From a virus: a stretch of 64,000 nt of DNA. Below, piece after piece: positions 20,283 through 31,346 of the stretch. The stretch lies in IMG/VR virus record IMGVR_UViG_3300010149_000010. One strand, 5' to 3'. The position numbers and the translations under genes were made by a program. Each line of letters begins with the position of its first letter. Within the stretch, counting starts at the first letter, position 1. Below the pieces are notes generated by a model. That model did no database searches. It saw only the letters and a program-made list of their open reading frames with translations, and was not told the DNA's origin.

Positions 20283-22105
20283 ATGCTCAACAAGCAATTC
20301 AAAAGACTCATTCTCGTTTCTCTAGCAGCTTTCTTCTCTTTCTCATGCCAAAAGCAAGAAAAATCAAAACAAAGCTCTTTCAAACAAGAGCTCCAAGACT
20401 CTAGTGTCCCTATCCAATTCCTAGATTTCGACACAATTGATATAGAGCCAAGTCACAATTTAGTTTTAGATATGGATTAAAAATGAAAAAATGTTTAGTA
20501 GATTATTATATTGACTCTGAAACCGGTAAAGCAATGTGGTCTTGCAATGAAGGGCTATCTAAATCAGTACACCCAATAACTTCTGAGAGGTGCTGGAGGT
20601 ACAATTGTCCTGGAATTAAAAAGCAAGATTTTCTTGCAGCTAAACAATGCAATTATTTGAATTGTGTCAATTTAATTAGAAATAGTAAAAAAGCAAAATA
20701 TTGCAGTTTAAAATGCAAAAGCAAAGAATCTAGTAGAAGATACCGTTTAAAATCAAAGACTACTTTATGAAAAAAGAAACCATAATAAGTAAAGACAGGT
20801 ACAAAAAAAGAATATCAACTTGTTTAGACTGCGAATTCTATTCTGAATCGTTGAATAGATGTAAAAAATGCGGGTGTTTCCTTTTGATAAAAGCTGCATT
20901 AAGAGATACTAAATGCCCAATTAATAAATGGGCTGAAACTGAATTATCTGCAAAGTGAAGTATGTTTAAATCAATAAAAAAATGGTTCAAAAAACGAAAA
21001 CTAATAAATCGAATCGAAAAAATGTCTCCTAAAGAGATACAACATGTGAAAGATCTTTTGCATTGGTTTACCGAAGAAGAACCTTCTGTTTATTTCAGGT
21101 TAAATGAAGAAGAAATAAGATTTTTAAAAGAAGTTTATTTGATTCCTTGGCAAGAATCAAATTACGACAACAGTTTTTTGAACTGGAATCTTAATACAAA
21201 ACACATAGAATTGAACTACCTTCTTAAATGCTTTCATGGTCAGCATGGCTTCATTAAAAGCCAAGAGGCTTTTGATTATATATCCGCTATACAACCCGAC
21301 TTATTAGAGTTCCACCAAAACCTAACCGAAGAAGATATTTTATGTGGCCCATTGAAGTAATTAAAAAAATAAACTCAATCAACGAAACTACAGATCTTCA
21401 TAAACGCGTTAAGGAAGAATTAAAGAACTTTGATTATAAAAAACATTCTTTTAAAATACTTACAAATAGTATAATCTACAAAAGTAGAACATACCATTAT
21501 TTGGTCCCAAATAATGCTTCAGGCAAGCAGATTTTAGACCAAATGCTTTATGACTCATCAAGAGTTGTTTTTATTGATGAGTTAAACGTTTATATCTTTT
21601 AGGTGATTCAATGTCAGATAAATTACCATTTAAATCTAAAAAGTTTCTAGCATACTTAATTGCAGATTTAGGCTGGAAAATATTAATTTTTTATTTTATT
21701 TTTACTCACGCCAAATCAATTAAAACTTATGAATTTGGTATTATTCTGACTTTAGTCATAGTTTCAGGGTTCATACAGGTAGGTTACATACTTGGACAAG
21801 CCGCCTTAGATAAATACACTTACATTTCAACCACCATAATAAATGATCAAAAAAATCAAATCAAAAAGGATTAAATTTTGTCTTCTTACCACCTAGATAA
21901 AGAGCGCTTCGCTAAACTAACACATTTTATTAATTCTTTGAACAAACTGCTAAGAGAGCACAAGATGTCTATAGAATTTAGTGACGGAGCTTTATTTTCA
22001 AATCTTTCAGGCTACCTAGGCCAGCTTGAAGATAACGCGGATCACTTAATTTTAAGTGATGGAGACAAAGATATAGTAACCTCGAACAAGGAGATAGATG
22101 TTTAA
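20283..22105 (+). other. Small ORFs including a lipoprotein-like peptide (20283), two Cys-rich Zn-binding proteins (20483, 20767) and a 2-TM holin-like protein (21611)
   Basis: FSFSC lipobox-like signal; CxxC clusters; hydrophobic helices. Confidence 0.5.
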
Positions 22106-22577
22106 CGCCTTCTACATGTGCATGACGTTCAGTATGCTTTCAACTACTTCGCATTTTAGACTGCCACAAAATTCAGTTCAGATAGCTTGTGAGAATGCAC
22201 AATCAATAATAATCGTATCTAAAGAAGAAAAAATAAGCCCTTTCATTCTGTCAGCCTTAATTTTTCATGAAAGTAGATTTTCTCCACACGCAAAATCTAC
22301 TGCTGGAGCTTGTGGCCTCACACAAGTTTTGCCTAAATACGTACCCGCTACATGCAAACAGCTTCAATCTGACACAGGGTTATCGTTGCAAACCGGCGCT
22401 ACAATACTATCAATGTGGCTTCAAAAAAAGAAGACCTACAAAGTGGCTCTTCAATGCTATAATTCTGGATATAGATGTCGAAGTAAAACTTACTCAAAAA
22501 ACATAATTAGAACTGCTAAAGTTTTAAAACAAACTTATAATAGAACAAGGAAGACCATAGAAAATGCCATCAATTAA
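22098..22577 (+). CDS. Lytic transglycosylase (SLT domain)
   Basis: ES.F.P.A.S.AGACGLTQV and YNSG motifs. Confidence 0.85.
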   Translation: MFNAFYMCMTFSMLSTTSHFRLPQNSVQIACENAQSIIIVSKEEKISPFILSALIFHESRFSPHAKSTAGACGLTQVLPKYVPATCKQLQSDTGLSLQTGATILSMWLQKKKTYKVALQCYNSGYRCRSKTYSKNIIRTAKVLKQTYNRTRKTIENAIN

Positions 22578-23625
22578 AGGTACCCTAACTGTAACCAATA
22601 AAGATTGGAAATATGTTTATAACAGCGTTTTAAATTTTTTAAACGAAGAAGTTGAAAATGCTTACAACAAAGCTAATGCTTTTTACACTAAAATTAAAGA
22701 AGATGGTGTTTCTCAAGAGAATGCCATACAGAACTTTGATACCTTGATTGAAACTTTATCTCCATCTACTTATCAAAAATCTTTAATTAGCTCAGCTTTA
22801 TTTAGTGGAACCAACAGTTACATATACTCGCCTAAGAAAAATAATTTTAAGCGATACACAAACAGAACTGTTTTCGTTGACATAGGAAGCATCAAACTCG
22901 ACATTGATAAAAAGAATTGCACTATCAACTTGGAGACTCAATCTTTTCAAGATTTTGATTCTTACATCCTCGTTAATACTTTTCTGAGTGAGTTTATAAA
23001 CATGGTAAATACCATTCCTTGGCCTACAAGGAATGGTCCCAGCAAAGCTGTGCGAGGTTGCAAGCTCTTTACAGTTGAGTCTGACGAAAGCACTATTACT
23101 GTTTTTTACAAATCAGGACCTAGACCTCCAGAGCTCAACAATTCTTACACTATTAACGACATCACTACCGGAGAGCCAAACCATCTATCCTCTACAATCA
23201 TGAAGTCTATGCAATACGTGTCTTCTTCTCAAGAAGAAACAGCCCAACCAATTCCTGAAGCTATTGATAGCTTCGATGATTTTTGAAAAAGAAAACTAAT
23301 GACCACTAAATCAACTTCTTACACTATTGATAAAGAACTTGTAGAAACTCTTGTTAATGACAATTACAATAATTCTTCATCCCCAACGAGATACGGCAAA
23401 ACTCGACTCATTTCGACTCAACTTTTATCAAAAGTTTTTAACGCCTATCTTGACATTGCAGAAAAATCTTGTAATTTTACAGAATTAGACAACCTATCAG
23501 ATGAAGAAGAGCGCACCTTCAACAAAGCGATAGCAAAAAACTTTCTTTTTATATTAAGTCTTATTCATGCAAATGACTCTTCCGTTGAAGATGTTCTAAA
23601 GTCAGTAGACAACTTTAATGACTGA
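22564..23625 (+). other. Two hypothetical proteins (22564..23286; 23299..23625)
   Basis: ORF track, tightly coupled to neighbours. Confidence 0.6.
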
Positions 23626-24355
23626 AAGAAAAAGAATATTTTTATACGAAGAAGCTTCTAAAACTCCGGGATATGTAGAGCTCCTAGATTATCTAGGCGA
23701 TGATGGCTTAACCTGTGTAAACGCAGCCAGAGTCTCTTTTAATAAGAAAAGTAGCCATTTTAAAGAAAAAGATAAAAAACTTTTAAATTACTTAATTAAA
23801 GAAAAACACACTTCTGTTCTTGAGCATAATGTTTTGACTTTTTCGTTTAAGGTGCCAATCTTCGTTGCAAGACAGCACATGAGGCATCGCACTTGGAGCT
23901 TTAATGAGATATCAAGACGCTATACAGATGTCGACATTGATTTCTACACTCCTTCTAAGTTCAGAATCCAATCAGAATCTAATCGTCAAGCCTCTTTAGA
24001 AAAAGAAGATTTTGATCCTATAATTTCCGAAATTGAAGGCTTAAATGAAACATGGCCGACAACAGCATCTCAAGCGTTGTTAGATCAAACCAAAAGTAGT
24101 TTAAAAGCATTTAACCTCATGACGAGTGCAGGTGTTGCTCGAGAACAAGCTAGAATGATTTTGCCTCAAAATCTTTACACACAATACTGGGGTACAGTTA
24201 ATCTTAATAATTTTTTAAAATTCCTGTCTTCAAGAGATCATGAAGCTGCTCAATATGAAATTCAGCTAATGGCTAAAGCGTGCAAAGAATTGGCTCGGCA
24301 AGTATGGCCAAACTTAATAGAAACTTATGAAACCCAACTGGAAACTAATGCATAA
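23618..24355 (+). CDS. thyX: FAD-dependent thymidylate synthase
   Basis: AARVS, H.SVLEH, RQHMRHRTWSFNEISRRY (RHRx7SxR), REQARMILP, AQYEI. Confidence 0.95.
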   Translation: MTERKRIFLYEEASKTPGYVELLDYLGDDGLTCVNAARVSFNKKSSHFKEKDKKLLNYLIKEKHTSVLEHNVLTFSFKVPIFVARQHMRHRTWSFNEISRRYTDVDIDFYTPSKFRIQSESNRQASLEKEDFDPIISEIEGLNETWPTTASQALLDQTKSSLKAFNLMTSAGVAREQARMILPQNLYTQYWGTVNLNNFLKFLSSRDHEAAQYEIQLMAKACKELARQVWPNLIETYETQLETNA

Positions 24356-24692
24356 AAATATAAACAAGTGGTTAGGTGAGGGTCAAATTAAAGGTGATTT
24401 TACCCTTCGCCAAACTCAAAACAATTATAAAGTCACTAATTTTTTATTGAAGATCAATACAGCTTACAAAGTTGAAGATCAATATTCTGGGTTGGCTACA
24501 TATAAAGAAGAAGTGGTTTATGTTCCTGTTGTAGCATGGAACAAACTCGCTCAATCTATCGTAGAAAAATACAACTCAAACGACATTGTAAGGGTTGTTG
24601 GAAGGCTTAAAAATTCCAACAAATTTGATTCTTCAAAAGACCCTAGCTGGGAAATAGTTTTAGAAGACATATCTTTAATCAAATCTTCTTAA
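24327..24692 (+). CDS. ssb: Single-stranded DNA-binding protein (OB fold, no acidic tail)
   Basis: VPVVAWNKLA ... VRVVGRL pattern typical of SSB. Confidence 0.65.
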   Translation: MKPNWKLMHKNINKWLGEGQIKGDFTLRQTQNNYKVTNFLLKINTAYKVEDQYSGLATYKEEVVYVPVVAWNKLAQSIVEKYNSNDIVRVVGRLKNSNKFDSSKDPSWEIVLEDISLIKSS

Positions 24693-25583
24693 ACTTTTTG
24701 CTTCTTCTAAAATGCTTTCCATGTCCAATGAGGCGCAATCAATTTTGTTTCTAGTTAAGTTGTAATGATTTACAAAAGAAGGGCCACTGCACTTTTTTGC
24801 TTCTTCGCAAACTCCTTTTTCTAGATTTACGTCCAAACTCATTCCAGTAGCATTAGAAACTGCTTCCCACAAAGCGGCTAAAGCTTTTAACTGCACCGGA
24901 TAGAAGTCTAAGTGCTCTCCCAGATCTACTTCATGCACTTCAGACCTAACGACAGGTCTCTCTCCAAAACCGTTCTTTACATACCAAGATTGGTATTTTT
25001 TGTAAAACGCATTGGATATTTCAACACCTATCCCATTTACGTTCCAAAATTTAGATCCTGCCTGCCAAGCAGGATTTTGAACATCTAGCATCTGATAAAT
25101 TGTTCCATCATTATCAATCAGAAAATGCATAGACAAGCCTCTCTTATTGATAATTCTCGCGCAAGCTTCACTAGATAAAGTTGCGTCCCAGTGATTAACA
25201 AACTGAACAGGCTTCCTTAAGGGCTTGTCAGACCAATCGTAATATGTTCCTGCTTTTGATTTTAACCCTCCGCGTTCATTCCAAAGAATTATTTTATCCC
25301 AATGTATAGGATATTTTGCCCCATTGTATACAATGCTTTTTTCACCTTTCCTTCTATTCCTTCTTGAAGGCTTAAAATCCCCTTCCGCTAAAGAATGAGT
25401 TTCTAACCTTCTGTAAGTTACAGGGCCCACAATACCATCTTTTTCCAAGGAGTACTCGTCTTGAAAAGATATAATTAATTCAATTAGTTCTTCATCAAAA
25501 TCATCATGCCCAAACCAGTTTGGTGTCCAGCCATATTTTTTAGAAGAATTTATATTTTTCTTTATTATTTTATTCATATTCAT
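24675..25583 (-). CDS. N-acetylmuramoyl-L-alanine amidase with an N-terminal peptidoglycan-binding domain (endolysin-like)
   Basis: FQ....L..DGIVGP.T PG-binding motif; VNHWD, SMHFLID.DGTIYQ, AWQAG, IGVEI, NH..D amidase motifs. Confidence 0.85.
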   Translation of the reverse strand: MNMNKIIKKNINSSKKYGWTPNWFGHDDFDEELIELIISFQDEYSLEKDGIVGPVTYRRLETHSLAEGDFKPSRRNRRKGEKSIVYNGAKYPIHWDKIILWNERGGLKSKAGTYYDWSDKPLRKPVQFVNHWDATLSSEACARIINKRGLSMHFLIDNDGTIYQMLDVQNPAWQAGSKFWNVNGIGVEISNAFYKKYQSWYVKNGFGERPVVRSEVHEVDLGEHLDFYPVQLKALAALWEAVSNATGMSLDVNLEKGVCEEAKKCSGPSFVNHYNLTRNKIDCASLDMESILEEAKSLRRFD

Positions 25584-25713
25584 ATTGTAACCAAAATTAA
25601 TTTGCTTTTATGCACAAAAAGGATTGTAATGCTTATTACAACTAACAAGCTAATAGAAACTGCTAAAATTATCTTCAACACAATCGCAATGTTGATGTTA
25701 ATATGGGTCTAAA

Positions 25714-26322
25714 ATGATTTCAATATATTTTCCTTCAATAGTTACAACTATTTTATCAAGTTTAGGGTTTATTTTTTTAAGTTTAATACTACATAAACTT
25801 TTAATATTCATTGAATGGAAAATATTCAAAAATTCTAAGCCGCAATCGCCTTTAGAATACAAAGCTTTTCTTCTTGAAAAAGAAAACGAAAACTTAAAAA
25901 CACAAATTACAAACCTGGAGCAAGAAAACTCTAAATTTGTAAACTTATTAATCAAACACATGTGAGATATAAAAATGCCAAAGTACAACATTACTTTCAA
26001 TGTAAAACTAGATGAACAATTAACTATCGCAATCAATGCAAGCAATGAAACCGATGCTTTAACTGCAGCTGATGTCATTGCTTGCGAAATTGCATCAGAT
26101 CCAGAATTCCTTGCAGATCAGCTGCAATTGCATTGCACAGATATCGAGCCGCAAGTTGCCTCTTACGTTTCGCTAACTTCCGCTCGAACCCCACATCCAA
26201 GTGCTCAGTCTAACGACGCCAGCTACACTTCTTTAGCATCTCTTCACACGCAAGCTCCTCAACCTTGCTCACCTTGTCGCAATCCGTCTACACATAACTC
26301 AGGTTACACTCGCCTAATTTAA
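25714..26322 (+). other. Two small hypothetical ORFs (25714..25965 TM plus coiled coil; 25975..26322)
   Basis: ORF track. Confidence 0.5.
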
Positions 26323-26375
26323 TCCCTTTTCCACCTGTATAAAAATAAAATGTATATAAATCAGTAAATACACAA

Positions 26376-27158
26376 GTGTACTTTTATGAAAGATACACTT
26401 TGCTTAAAAAATTTCACTACGAAGATGGCCAACTTAAGTACCATCAAAAAATAAGAAAAAAAATATTTGAAGATTTAAATTTCCTGCCCACTAGCTTTTG
26501 GGACCTCAACCCAATAATTAGCGGCAGTTACGCAATCAATCTTCTCTTTAAACCACAATCCTTTTATGATGACGTAGACTTCTACTTTGAATTTCAAGAC
26601 CAATATGATGAAGCAAAAGCTATTCTTAATGGTTTTTCAGAAGAAGCTTCTTCTTTGAATTGTCAAACTTTTACAATTGGAAATAAAAAAATACAGCTTG
26701 TTAGTAAGTTTTTTAACTCTCCGCAAAACATAATATTTGCACATGATTTTAAGAATTCTTCAATAGCAATCACGAAAGACTGGATATATATAGACTCAGT
26801 AATATTTAAATTATACTATGAGTCTTTACTTTCAATTCGTTCTACTCAAATTGACCCTACAATGACAGAAGAAGCTACAGTCAAAAAAATTGCTTTGCTT
26901 TTTAACAGAATTCTAAAATACACAAGCCGCTACGATTTAACTTTGGATGATGAATCAATTCAAATTTTAAAATCTTTGCGAACCTATCTTACTAATACTC
27001 CAATTGAAACTACCAAAAGTATTTTGATAAATACAACCATTTACTACGACGGTAACCATTCTCCTTATCAAAATAATCTTAGAACTATTCTTGAAATAAA
27101 AGAACATTTAGACGCATTTTTGTTCCCCTATGATCAGCTGCCTACTCTTTGTTTTTAA
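26376..27158 (+). CDS. Pol-beta superfamily nucleotidyltransferase (CCA/poly(A) polymerase head-like)
   Basis: IISGSYA...DVDFYF signature, then IQLV...HDF and RILKY. Confidence 0.65.
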   Translation: MYFYERYTLLKKFHYEDGQLKYHQKIRKKIFEDLNFLPTSFWDLNPIISGSYAINLLFKPQSFYDDVDFYFEFQDQYDEAKAILNGFSEEASSLNCQTFTIGNKKIQLVSKFFNSPQNIIFAHDFKNSSIAITKDWIYIDSVIFKLYYESLLSIRSTQIDPTMTEEATVKKIALLFNRILKYTSRYDLTLDDESIQILKSLRTYLTNTPIETTKSILINTTIYYDGNHSPYQNNLRTILEIKEHLDAFLFPYDQLPTLCF

Positions 27159-27385
27159 GATATCATTCCTGCAAGGACTATATGAGAATTATCTGTTTAA
27201 ATACTCAAGATTGTGGCCACACAAGAAAACTTTCTCATCAAGAAATAAAAGAAATAAACGTAAATGCTCCTTTTTCTAACTGCGAACTTTGCGGTTATTA
27301 TGCACTTACTACTACCAATAATGTAACAGAAGATTTAAATTTAAGTAAAATTGCAACTATTTTGCAAAGCTTTAAAGAAAGATAA
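27149..27385 (+). CDS. Small Zn-ribbon protein
   Basis: C....CG ... C..CG. Confidence 0.5.
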   Translation: MFLRYHSCKDYMRIICLNTQDCGHTRKLSHQEIKEINVNAPFSNCELCGYYALTTTNNVTEDLNLSKIATILQSFKER

Positions 27386-27386
27386 A

Positions 27387-30233
27387 ATGAGATTTTATAA
27401 TTTTTTCACAAATATAAAAAACAGTCCTTGCAACGAAGATAAAAAAGAAATAGCTAGGATTAAACAAATGCTAATTCATGGAGAAGACCAGACATTTTAT
27501 TCTCCTGCTACAGAATTCAATAGAATCAGCCAGGATACTGTTAATTCTATTGAATTCATGAAACAATTAAACCCCACTGTTTTCCAAACCATTGAGAGTC
27601 AAACTTTACCCTTCTTAAGCTTTTTAAATCGAAAGCAAAGTGCTGCACACTATATAAGAAGCAACAATCCGCAAACAGCTTTTCTTAGAGAGCTGCAGGC
27701 TGCTGGAAATGTAAGGGATTTAGACGCTAAGATTTCTGTAATCTATAGTTTATTTACGCACATTACACACCGCTCTTGTTTTATTTCAGATTTTTTCAAA
27801 AGTAATTCTAGAGCTCCTAATAAAAACTTTTTATATTTGTTAAAAGTTTTTGAAAACACCCATAACCTTTCAAATCAATATCATCTCAATTTAGAAGCTC
27901 ATCAACACTTTTTAGAAAATGGTCATGTTTGCTGGGTCGACTCTTTGGAGCACTGCCAGTCTCTAAACGATACGGCTTCTTCAACCCCGATAAAAGAAAT
28001 AGCTAAAATTTACATTGCTTTTTTTGAGCATTTATTAAAAAAAAAAAATAATATTGAAGATAACAATCATCATTCGCTAGGCAGCCTGATCTGGAACACT
28101 CTTTATCAAACTGACAATAATCCCAATTTCCTTCATCTAACTTTTGAAAAGCCTACTGAGGTTTTATTGAATCTTACAGAAAAGCAAATCAAAGACAAAA
28201 TAGCTATGTTTTCGTCAATTGAAATTTTCAATTACCTCCAGATGAACTCACTCGAAAGTACAGATAACGAAAAGGTATACAGCCATTTTTCTAATCAATT
28301 TTTTACTAAATTTAAAGAAAACAGCGAAGATCCCAATCTTTCAAATGAAAACAATTTGATTAAAATCGATTCCAATCCTATTGACTTGCGATTCACCTCA
28401 TCTAACCTTAATGAAACCACTTGGACCTATTCCAACTTGTTTGCTCGCAATAATCAAGACACAATACAGTGCTTCCCCCCTAAAGGTGATGGAAGAAGTA
28501 ATTCTCAATACATACCTCTAGCAGGCACTACTGGTTTGTTAATTGATGACACATCAGGCAAATATGCAAGTCTTGATGTCGCTTCTTCTCTTCAAGCTAA
28601 TCCAAATAAACGTGTTTTTGGTTTAATGCTTAATGCTTTTACCAAAGCCACACTGAAGCCTTCTTTTGAATTCATCACTCTAACTAAAAAACAGGCTTTA
28701 ATCAGAAAAGGGTTTTTCATTCCAGTTCTATTAAAATTCCTATCTTGTAATGAAGAAGGGGCAATTGAAACAGCTTACAACTTTTCTTTAATGAATTATA
28801 GCGACAATCTTAGTTCTATTATTAAAAGAAAGAGAAGCAGAGACCAAATTATAGCCTTCTACAACGCTTACGGCGAAGATGGTTTAAGGTTAATAAACTA
28901 CCAAAAGTTCTTACTTGACCAAAAAAAAAAGATAAAAAAACTAGCCGAATATTCTTTCGCTAACGCTCCTACTTTTAGCAATTATAGTTCTGTTGAAATC
29001 AACCAACTACTCTCATGCTTGAATTCAATCAAGAACAGTCACTCAAAAAAAGCTAGCCAATCTTTAGTAACTTTTAGCGATAAGCTAACCGCTAAATTAA
29101 ATCTCGAACCTTCAATAACTAAAAAGTACAACAAAGTAAGCTCCAATTACAAAAAACTTGTATCGCAAAACACTGAAGAAAGAGGTCTTGTCTCTGATTT
29201 TGCTCGCAACATAGAGCAAGGAAATATGAATATTGAAGGGCTAACCAGAACCATTCAAGAGAATCAAAACAGAATGAAGGAAATGAAAAAACAACTCTCT
29301 GAAAGCACATTACATTTGAAAACTAGCTTTAATAAAAGAGTTGACCTTATTGAAACAATATGCGCAAACAAATCATTATACTTGAAAGTTTTAAAAGATT
29401 ACAATAAAGCTACTGAAATAGCTTTAAGCCAACAAGACTACTCTCAAAACGATTTTTTTAAAAACATTTATGAAACTGAATCTGTAAAAATACTTTCAAT
29501 AGCTAGTTCTAAACAAATCATCGATTGCACAAATTCTGAGAATTACCTTGACGACTTAGCTACAAAAATTGCAGGCAAGAAGGAAAACTTTTTAATTAAA
29601 GAAGTAATTTTCCTTATAGACGCGCCTGTAAAGATAAATGTTGATGGCGGGCGCAAAGGACAAATTGTAGGTGGCCCTTATCTCGTTGCTGTCAAAAAAG
29701 ACGAACTTAAAATCAAGCTCGCCTACCCAAGCTCTATTCACGGCTATTCTGACGAATCTAAAAAAATTTACATCCACCCTCATTCAGGTTCATGTCAAGC
29801 TTTAAGTCTTATCAATTATTTTCAACAATTAGAAAGTCATGAACCTGACCATTACTGGTCAAGAGCTTGTCTTGGCGAAGCCTCTTCTTTGATCTATCGC
29901 GCTTTTGAAAAAGAAAATGACCTTAAATTAATCTTAATTTCAGCGTTAACTTGGGTTAAAAACGCAAACAGCGCTGACACTTGGGGTAAAAATTATAAGT
30001 ATTTCCCTAAATACTCTCAGATCCAAGAGGAGTTGTCAACTCCTCTCTTAAATCAACAAGAAATCACTGAAGAAGACGTAGGCGATTTCATTGAAGAGAT
30101 GATCGTTTCTGAAGAAGAAAACCTCCAAGAAGAGCCCAACCAACAACAACCACTTCAACAAGAACAAGAAAATGTAACAGAAGCTCATACTGAACCTGTC
30201 TCGCAGGTTTACGTACCGTATACACAAAGGTAA
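27387..30233 (+). CDS. Large protein with a central coiled coil and a C-terminal prokaryotic E2 (ubiquitin-conjugating)-like domain
   Basis: C-terminal IYIHPHSG...RACLGE...L.WV..AN..D.WG fits the HP[HN]...CL signature of the E2 fold; directly upstream of JAB and E1 genes. Confidence 0.6.
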   Translation: MRFYNFFTNIKNSPCNEDKKEIARIKQMLIHGEDQTFYSPATEFNRISQDTVNSIEFMKQLNPTVFQTIESQTLPFLSFLNRKQSAAHYIRSNNPQTAFLRELQAAGNVRDLDAKISVIYSLFTHITHRSCFISDFFKSNSRAPNKNFLYLLKVFENTHNLSNQYHLNLEAHQHFLENGHVCWVDSLEHCQSLNDTASSTPIKEIAKIYIAFFEHLLKKKNNIEDNNHHSLGSLIWNTLYQTDNNPNFLHLTFEKPTEVLLNLTEKQIKDKIAMFSSIEIFNYLQMNSLESTDNEKVYSHFSNQFFTKFKENSEDPNLSNENNLIKIDSNPIDLRFTSSNLNETTWTYSNLFARNNQDTIQCFPPKGDGRSNSQYIPLAGTTGLLIDDTSGKYASLDVASSLQANPNKRVFGLMLNAFTKATLKPSFEFITLTKKQALIRKGFFIPVLLKFLSCNEEGAIETAYNFSLMNYSDNLSSIIKRKRSRDQIIAFYNAYGEDGLRLINYQKFLLDQKKKIKKLAEYSFANAPTFSNYSSVEINQLLSCLNSIKNSHSKKASQSLVTFSDKLTAKLNLEPSITKKYNKVSSNYKKLVSQNTEERGLVSDFARNIEQGNMNIEGLTRTIQENQNRMKEMKKQLSESTLHLKTSFNKRVDLIETICANKSLYLKVLKDYNKATEIALSQQDYSQNDFFKNIYETESVKILSIASSKQIIDCTNSENYLDDLATKIAGKKENFLIKEVIFLIDAPVKINVDGGRKGQIVGGPYLVAVKKDELKIKLAYPSSIHGYSDESKKIYIHPHSGSCQALSLINYFQQLESHEPDHYWSRACLGEASSLIYRAFEKENDLKLILISALTWVKNANSADTWGKNYKYFPKYSQIQEELSTPLLNQQEITEEDVGDFIEEMIVSEEENLQEEPNQQQPLQQEQENVTEAHTEPVSQVYVPYTQR

Positions 30234-30236
30234 AAA

Positions 30237-31346
30237 ATGAAATCAGTAACTTCCCACAATATATTAAATAACATCCCTATTATTTCTATAACCCACAAAG
30301 GGCTAGAAGCTATTAAAGAGATTGTTAGAATCGCTCCCCAAGAAGCGCAATGGTTTCATACTGTTGAACCAGTTATTTATAAACAATCTCCTAATGAAAT
30401 CCACCTACACCTTTCGGAAAAGATATACATACCTACTCAAAATACTTCTGCTGCTCAAGTCGACACTACTTCGTCAATGATGATGGATTTTTATCGTGAG
30501 CTTAAGAAAGATTATGAAGACCAGGAAACTGTTAACAGTAAATTATCTGCAATGACTTGTTGGTGTCATAGTCACCACAATATGTCACCTAATCCAAGTA
30601 ATCAGGATGATTTACAGTTTAACTCCTTCATTACTTTAGCAGAAGACCAGGGTACAAAAGCTTGGCAGGTCATGCTTATTTTTAATAAGAAAGATCAATT
30701 TTACAGTCGAGTTTACGATCCTACCACAGACACAGTACACGAAGGTGTTCCAATCCGCGTAGTTCGCGACTATGACTTTTCTTATATTCATCAAGCTGCA
30801 AGAACCAAGTTTATCAAACCCAAGCCAAAGATGAAAAAAAAGAATGCTTCAGGATGGAATCTTGGAAGATTTACATCGTCAAAAAGTTTCGAAAGCTCTT
30901 TTTTTGCAAATTCCAAAGATGATAAAGTCCTTTCAAATGATCTTAACGAAGAAATTGTAATCGGAGTTTTAAATGATATTTTCGATAACTACAATGTTTA
31001 CATGCCGCCTACTCAACAATTTACCAAAACCATAAGCCTTCATTCTAGTAACTTACAAAAGCTCCAAGAAGCTCTTTACGCAACTTTTGATGAGAGAGAA
31101 ATAGCATTCTTTACCTTTTTCATTACAGGTAAGCAGAAACAAATTCCTAGCTTTTTTTCAGATTCCGCTTTTACCAAAAAGTTCCCTACAATAGATAAAT
31201 GCCTCACCTTTTTTAAAGAGACTTTAAAGAATAATACTTTTTCTATTCAAGACATGTACGAAGCCTTAACATCTACTTTAGAAATAGTAGACCTAGAAAC
31301 CAGAAAACAATGCAAGGACTATATTGACAATGACGGAATCATTTAA
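30237..31346 (+). CDS. JAB/MPN+ (JAMM) metalloprotease
   Basis: Upstream E (PQEAQW), IPTQ, and WCHSHHNMSPNPSNQDD = HxHx7SxxD. Confidence 0.85.
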   Translation: MKSVTSHNILNNIPIISITHKGLEAIKEIVRIAPQEAQWFHTVEPVIYKQSPNEIHLHLSEKIYIPTQNTSAAQVDTTSSMMMDFYRELKKDYEDQETVNSKLSAMTCWCHSHHNMSPNPSNQDDLQFNSFITLAEDQGTKAWQVMLIFNKKDQFYSRVYDPTTDTVHEGVPIRVVRDYDFSYIHQAARTKFIKPKPKMKKKNASGWNLGRFTSSKSFESSFFANSKDDKVLSNDLNEEIVIGVLNDIFDNYNVYMPPTQQFTKTISLHSSNLQKLQEALYATFDEREIAFFTFFITGKQKQIPSFFSDSAFTKKFPTIDKCLTFFKETLKNNTFSIQDMYEALTSTLEIVDLETRKQCKDYIDNDGII

